DNA of 64,000 nucleotides from Phyllosticta citribraziliensis (Eukaryota): NCBI RefSeq assembly GCF_038025025.1, contig NW_027117347.1, positions 1,798,001 to 1,862,000 of the forward strand, read 5' to 3'. Shown piece by piece: positions 57,030 to 64,000 of this stretch (position 1 is its first letter; each line of letters starts with the position of its first letter). The notes under the pieces were generated by a model. It saw only the letters and a program-made list of their open reading frames with translations, ran no database searches and was not told where the DNA came from. The position numbers and the translations under genes were made by a program.

Positions 57030-59509
57030 ATGGCTTTTCTGAATCGTAGAACTGGCGACGCCAAGCTCAAAACTGCTCCCGACCTCATACCGTCATCCTC
57101 ACCAGCGTTTGCGACTCCGCCAGTCAACCCTGCCCGTCCTCTACGAACGGCGCCTATTCCTGCGCCGCCTTCTTTGAAGCCCACCGTCCTCCCAATCGTC
57201 CTTCCACCGGCTTCTCTGAGACCACTGGCATTCAGGACATTCACGAAAAAGCATAATCTCACCATTTCGTCATCTGCGCTCGCAGCACTCGCTACATTTG
57301 TCGGACGACATTGCGGCTCGGGATGGAGGGAAGAGGGACTCGCGGAAAAGGTTTTGGAAGAGGTCGCACGAGCATGGAAAAAAGCCAGCGGTAGCGTCAT
57401 CGTTCAAGGAGATGATCCGCTGCTGAAGACCATTCTCAAGACGCTGGAAGGATGTATGGTCGGCGGGCGAGTTGTGCAAGGGAAAACTCCAACGCTTTCG
57501 CGAGACAGCAGCTTCAAATTTGGTGCCAATGGCCTTGACCCCGGGGCAGTGCCGACACTGGAAAAGCAGGACAGCTTTGGAATAAGTGGCCTGAGTGTGG
57601 GCGAGGAGGACGGAGAGGACGAGAGCAGAGATCCACGCGATTGGATCAAAGTTGTTGGAGCCTACGAGCACCCCAAGATGGTGTACAATGTCATGAAGAA
57701 GCACTTTGATAGGTACGGCGCCCAATTCACTGACAGCATTGAACTCAAGCTAAATATTCCAGATCGACCGCGAAACCCACCCTCTTCCCGCAGCCCTCTA
57801 CCAAGACAGAGCTTTTCCGCCAACGATATCACATCATCCATCAGCGCCTATTGCGTAACGAGTCCTTTGCGACTCCCTCATTTGCCGGCAACAGGACATC
57901 GTCACTCCATCGTACCGATACGGGCTCGGCTTCCTCAACAAACAAAATCACTCCCATCTCCAACCTGCTCGGCCGTCACGGTACCAATCACCTCCTCCTG
58001 GGATTGCTTGCAGTCTCGCCCACCGGAACCTTGGCTCTCTCAGATCTCACAGGCACCATTGCCTTGGACATCACGCACGCGCGTCCAATCCCCGACGATG
58101 GAGCATGGTATTCGCCTGGAATGATTGTGCTTGTTGATGGCACATATGAGGAGGACTACAGCAATATTCACGCTGGATCAGCCAACGCGCTTGGTGCGAC
58201 CGGTGGTGTTGGAGGAACGATTGGAGGGAAGTTCATTGGGTTTTCAATCGGCCATCCACCACCCGAGAAGCGCTCCCTCACACTTGGAACTCCCGACAGC
58301 AACGTCCCAGACGCCTCCACAAGTGCTGCCGTAGGGCCCGCATTTGGCTGGACGGACTTTCTAGGCATGGGCTCTGAACGTGCGACGGGCGCGAAAATGC
58401 GAAGAATCCAAGCACGTCTGCTGGGATCCGAGGCCCCCACAGCAAGTCATACCAAAATCGTCATTGCTGCGGATGTAAACCTCGACAACCCCCAAACCTT
58501 TACCGCTCTTCGCACATTACTCTCTACATACGAGGCTACGCCCATTACCGATTACCCGCTCGCCATGGTCTTCATTGGCAACTTTGTTTCGACCGCAGCC
58601 ATGGCGGGCGTTCCAGGTCACGGCAGCATAGAGTACAAGGAGCACTTCAACGCTTTGGCCTCTGTATTTTCAGACTATCCTCAACTGATTGCTCGGACCA
58701 CCCTTGTGTTCGTCCCTGGTGACAATGACGCCTGGCCCAGCTCATTCTCGTCTGGGGCGGCTTGCCCTCTGCCAAGAAAGAACGTTCCCGACATTTTCAC
58801 CAGCCGCATCAAGCGTGTGGTACAAGAAGCGAACAGAGAGATCGGCGGCTCGGAAAAGCGAAAAGAGGGCGAAGTCATCTGGACAAGCAATCCAAGTCGA
58901 CTGACTTGGTTCGGTGTGCAAGGAGAAATGGTCCTGTTCCGCGACGACGTGACAAGCCGGTTACGACGCAGCGCCATCCGCTTCAAGAAGCCTGAAGAAG
59001 AAGAGGACGGTGAGGACGAGGATATGGACCTGGAGGAAGAAGCGCAGCGGCGCCGCAATAGCCGTGAAGCCACAGTTGCTTCCGTGCTGCCCGAAGACGA
59101 CGCTGCACCAGCCGACTCAATGGAAGTGGACCAGCCGCCAGAGAACGAGTCGCCATCGCTCACCCACCGTCCAAAGTCTCAGCATCAGCCGATTCCCGGG
59201 TCGTCTCTTGATTCCGACACCCTCCTTGCTCGCGCGTTAACTCGCACAATCATCTCACAGTCACATCTTTCGCCCTTTCCGCTGCATGTGCGGCCCGTCC
59301 ATTGGGACTTTGCGCATACCCTGGGTATCTACCCTCTGCCAACTGCCCTCGTGTTGGCGGACAATGACGCCCCGAGCTTTGCCCTGAAGTACATGGGTTG
59401 CGCGGTGATGAATCCGGGGAGTATTGCTGACGGGAGGAAAGGTGAGCGATGTCGCTGGGTCGAGTACTGTGTGCGGGAGGGCAAGGGCACTGTCAGGGTT
59501 GTTGATTAA
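57030..59509 (+). CDS. DPB2: DNA polymerase epsilon subunit B
   Basis: 'LRPLAFRTFTKKHNL', 'ITPISNLLGR', 'GMIVLVDG', 'FVPGDNDAW', 'SNPSRL', 'QSHLSPFP..RPVHWDF', 'YPLPTALVLAD'. One intron at ~57712-57762. Confidence 0.94.
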
Positions 59510-61410
59510 GTCAAGCATTTGGGGGGGTTTTCACCATCGAGGGGATTTCATGACATTGCAGTTCATATGTCCACTGGTTGACTTCGGCATCTTGGGCGAC
59601 GCTTGCAATATTTCCTGGACACATCGGCGCTGCGACGCGCAGCCTGGAGACATGTTGTCACCCAAGAATGAGGAAAGCCGTTCAGTCCTCATCAGCAACC
59701 ATGTAGACCTGATCGCCGACTTCCACGCCGTTCTCAAGCAATTCAGCTATTCCCTCCTCATCGTCGTCGTCATCATCCTCGTCCTCTCCGTCTCCATCTT
59801 CTGCGCCCTCACAATTTCCATCGAGTTCCTCTGCTAGATCTGCGCTGATGACTTCTTCGTCGTTATTGCCAAGCTTCTCGCCAAAAACAGACCAGGTTAT
59901 CTTGTCGTCCAGTTTTGCTTGGTCCACATGTTTCCTTTGCAAGCTTCGTCAGATTATATGGCATGCGCGATCCAACTGGTGACTTACCGGAAGCCCAAGC
60001 TCCTCCAGACGATCTACTTGAAGCCGATTGCAAAGATGTGCTCGCCTTCGAGACCAAAAATCTTTTTCAGCTCCTCCGATCTCGAATGTCCGACGCCGAC
60101 TCCAGAGTCGAGTTGTTCTCCTATGCGCAACTGTCAGCACAGAAATATTTCTGTGGTGGATGCAATGGATGGCGACGAAATTGATGGGTCCGAAGTTCTG
60201 AACTCACCCAAGCCGATACATCGATGCCGTCAGTCTCAATCATCAGTGTGATTCAAATCGGCGGAAAATTCTTTGCTTTGTCCCTCAGGGATGGTCGGAT
60301 TCTTTGCGGTTTGCAGCTCGACGATCAAATGGCGGTTCCGACCCCACTTGATGTTCAACCACTCCTGCGCCTCTTCATCTCTGACGAATTTCTAAAGAGT
60401 GGCTGGGCTGCCGGAACTAGCATTGGTCGACTCCCATGCATTTGAGCTCCGAGTCGTTCTTGTTCTTGAAGGTGTTCGATTTATCGAGCAGGCTCGCCAA
60501 AGACGGACAAGGATAGTGCGAACTGGCTGCCAACACTAAAGCCTCGAATTCCAGTCTCACGATGCGCACAAGAATGTTTGTGGGAAGCAATTTCTCACCG
60601 TTTCGGCAGGGCATCTCAGTTCCAGTGCCGACACCCGCAAAATTCGCTTAAACGGAGCAGCTTCCCGCCCCCTCAGGACTTTCGAAGCCGTAAGGAGACC
60701 CGGCGTGCTGAAAGTTTACCGCTCGGCCCAGACATCCGAAGTTGACTCGGCTGCAGGTCGTGGCGGAATGTCTATTTCAGGACGCAGTCAACGCGCGCAT
60801 ATCCAAAGAATGAGCGTGATCGACGAGTTCCGGATACATGCATAGCCGCTCTGTCAAGAGTGGGGGATCGAGCCGCTTTGTTGACTGGGGGCCATCTAAT
60901 ACCTACAGCTATGCAATCCCAAATCCACTTGCTACAGGGCAATAGCACTTTGTGGTCGAAATCTCATCCCCGAAGTACGAAAACCAAGAAGTAAGGCGTT
61001 ATCAACTCAATCAATGGTTGAATCATCACCATAGACAGCTACAAAGAAAGGACAATGAACGGGTCTCTCCTGATCGAGCGGTGCCCTCCACGCTTCGTGC
61101 GCGATTGTAACCTTTGCATGAGCATTCCGTGCAATTGGGAACCAATTATGTCGCTAGCAAAGCAATTCTCGCGAGCTTTAAGCGCCACGGTTCCAAATGG
61201 AGGTAAAAGAAAAAGCGAGAGAGCAATATCCTTGACGGTGGGGCTACAGGGGCGCCTGAAGTTCAGCGCTAACAGTTCTACATTTATTTTCGCAATCGCG
61301 CAAACAATCGGAATGCTCAAGAAAGCGTCATTTTCGATTCTTCGATCCGAGAAGCTCGAATTACCGGAGCACCAAAACGTACACATCAATTCGAAAGTTC
61401 TAGACCAGAG

Positions 61411-64000
61411 ATGCGGTTTCCAGGAGCCCTCAAGCGCGCCCGCGGCTCTGTACGTTCGCACCTTGGTACCATTGACAAAACCACGGAGCGGGTACTCTCC
61501 TTTGCGGAGGAGCTAGCATTCCAGGCCACCGAGCAGACTGATCAGTACGAAGAGACCGGTGATGTCGAGAAACTCCGCCGAGCGATCAATTTCCTGCAGC
61601 AAGCCCTGAACACTATAAGCGAAGACCAAAGGAAACCAATTTTTGAGCGCGACGATTATTTGGGCGAGTTCGTGCACGGAATTTCGCAAGACCAATGTCT
61701 TGCTATCCGGACCTTGTTCTTTGCAACCGGTGATGCGGCATACCTTCATCATTGCATCAATCAAACCAAGATGCTTGTCGCAGCTTCACCGAAACCTCCC
61801 CGGTCTCTCTTCTTCGAGCTTTGCTTTCTGAGCCGCACCCTTTCTTATCGCTACTTTGCACTTGGAGAAGAAAATGAGAGCGATCGAAGAGATGCTCTCG
61901 ATGCTCTTCGACGCGCCTCATCAGTCCTGCAAAAGGAGCGCAAAAAACTGGATCTCTCAGGTGCGGAGTTGACCACCTTCCAAGAAGAAAAAGAACTGCT
62001 CGACAAGCCGATCGAAATTGCAAAAGGCATATATCTCTACAACCGCGCAGCCAATTTCAAACGCCGGTTCTTCCACTCTGGAGATCTCAAGGCCTTGCGG
62101 TCCGCCCGCTCGTATTTCGCCAGAGCTTTGCAGCTTTTCCCTCCGGCTCATCCAAATTACACAAAATGTGCCGTCAGTGTCGCTGACTGCGAAGTAAATT
62201 ATGTCCATGGGACCAACGACATCGCCGGATTGCAACCAGCGCTGAAAGTAATCGATTCCCTTGACGTCACCGGTTCAAGTACCGATGAGTTTATGGATGC
62301 TACGCACACGAAAAGCCTGCTTTACAGAACCAAGTACGATTTCTCATCTGATCCCAAGGACCTTGAGTACTCCATAGCAGCGGCCAAGGCTGCCGTTGCG
62401 ATCAGCGCAAAGAGCCGAAACCTACGCATGTTTGCGTTGGAAAACCTTAGCAGCCAGCTTTGTCGTCGTGCTGAAGCCCAGCGATCTTCTGAAGACATCG
62501 ATGCCGCGATCGTAGCCGCGAGAAATGCACTTGACGTGTGTTCCGAGGAACGAGTTCAGCGGGCGGAGGCATATGCTAACCTCGGCGCTCGACTTGAAAT
62601 GAAGTACACTCTTTTCGGCGGATCAGAGAACCTAGTGGCTGCTATTGGGCATTCTCGCTTTGCTGTTACCACGTTGCCGGAAAACCACCGAAAAAGAGCA
62701 TTGCATTTGCACAACTTGTCGAATGGACTGAGACTTGTCTTTGAGGATTCCGGAAAGGCGGAAGTGCTGGATGAGAGCATTCGAGTGGAGCGCAATGCGT
62801 TGAAAATCGCAGCGAGAGATGATCCCGAAAAGTACATCATGCTGTATGGGTTGAGCCTTTCGCTGGAGCATCGCTTCAGGAAGACCCAAAATTCGCAAGA
62901 CATGAACGAAGCCATGTCAGCAGCAGAAGAAGCGCTAGCCGGGATGCCAAAAGGTAGGCAAATACGGGAACTTTTCCTAGCGGACGACGCCCATTCAAGG
63001 TGGATCGAGCAGGGTGCGGTGTTTTTTTTAGGAGTCACGTTGTATGATGTCTGTTCAATTGAGACTGTGCTGATGAATGTACTAGGAAGCACCAGATATC
63101 CCATGTGTCTTCACAACCTGGCAAATGTTCTGCACGACAGATTCATGCGGTCGAAGGCGATCTGCGACATTGACCGAGCAGTGAAAGCCGCTTCCGATGC
63201 GATTTCAAGCGGTAGTTCCGATGAGACCGGTGAACTCGTTTACTCAATGACGCTTTCCGCGTGTCTGTTCTCAAGGCATGATATCAGTAGAGACGTTGCT
63301 GACATTGACCAAGCCATCAGTGTTGCGCGCGGTGTCATTCGTAAGTCCGCTTCATTTCCACTAGTAAGGTACTCAAGGATTTGATGGGATTGATCCAATA
63401 CTGAAATTAGTTTTACTTCAGAGAAATGTTCTCGATCGCATCCGAAGCGACCCCACTGGTTGAGCGAGCTTGTATTACTGCTTGACCGTAGGTTCGAGTG
63501 TTCGGGCTCGAAAGAAAAACACGAGTATCTTGACCAAGCATTGCAATTTCGAAAGGAAAGCGTGGCCACACTTTCAGAGCATCATCCAGACATGGCCTGG
63601 TTTTTATGCTCTCTCGGAAGCCTTCAAGTGAAAAAGAATGAGTTGCTCATAGACGGTGCGAACCAGCGAAAGCCAGGTTTCTTATTGGGTGCAATCGCGT
63701 CATTCCGCCGGGGTTTCAATCAAGCGAACGCCAGTCCCTCAAGCAAAATCTGCAACGGAATGCTGGCCGGCTCCTGCTACATGGCCTTGGGGAACTGGGA
63801 GCCTGCGAGCGAGATCTTATCAGGAAGCGTTCAGCTTTTGCAGCAAGTCAGTCCACTTTCCTTGGACGACAATGATCGTCAGCACCAGCTTCGGGGTCTT
63901 ACGGGCCTGTCCACGGAAGCCTGCGTATCTTATCTCATGTTGGGCAAAGTTGAAGCTGCCGCCGAGATTTTGGAGGCTGGCCGAGGAATCATCGCCAACA
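61411..64000 (+). CDS. TPR-repeat protein of the fungal TPR-CHAT (caspase-like peptidase) type; truncated by the window end
   Basis: Repeated 'L(H)NL(S/G/A)xxLxxRF...D(I/L)DxA(I/V)' TPR-like units. After an intron at ~63369-63421 comes 'VSPLSLDDNDRQHQL..GLSTEAC...AAEILEAGRGII', the linker typical of fungal TPR-CHAT proteins. The CHAT domain itself is not in the window. The true start may be near 61197. Confidence 0.75.

Noticed and set aside
59531..60614. Acidic ORF 59682-59942 (-) and short + strand ORFs after DPB2
   Set aside because: Non-ATG starts, short, and driven by a TCA/TCG-rich tract. I could not build a coherent spliced model; possibly a gene relic.
1..64000. Transposons, Starship captain, rRNA/tRNA genes, CRISPR arrays, secondary-metabolite backbone genes
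   Set aside because: By eye I recognised no transposase, reverse transcriptase, tyrosine recombinase, PKS/NRPS motifs, terminal repeats, AT-rich RIP blocks or RNA-gene signatures. tRNAscan/Infernal were not run, so small RNAs could be missed.

Overview
GC-rich, intron-containing filamentous ascomycete DNA; a Dothideomycete-like origin is my inference from protein style. Conserved housekeeping genes (dienelactone hydrolase/SnoaL, RMT2, MFS transporter, 2H phosphoesterase, VTC4, MSH2, HRP1, GYP1, DCD1, ATG7, NASP/Hif1, DPB2) are interrupted by three accessory islands. Island 1 (~6.3-23.7 kb) holds two NACHT/NLR-like genes, a divergently transcribed AAA ATPase and four coiled-coil genes that share a 12-nt 'M-x-x-P' first exon. 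Island 2 (~38.3-44.3 kb) holds a HET-domain gene broken by a single in-frame TAG and three tandem, three-exon paralogues, not reported as full proteins by the ORF track, that encode secreted double cystine-knot (ICK/CBM1-like) peptides. Island 3 (>61 kb) begins a TPR gene of the fungal TPR-CHAT type. The double-knottin trio and the MxxP family are the most novel-looking elements. All gene models were spliced by eye and no database searches were run.
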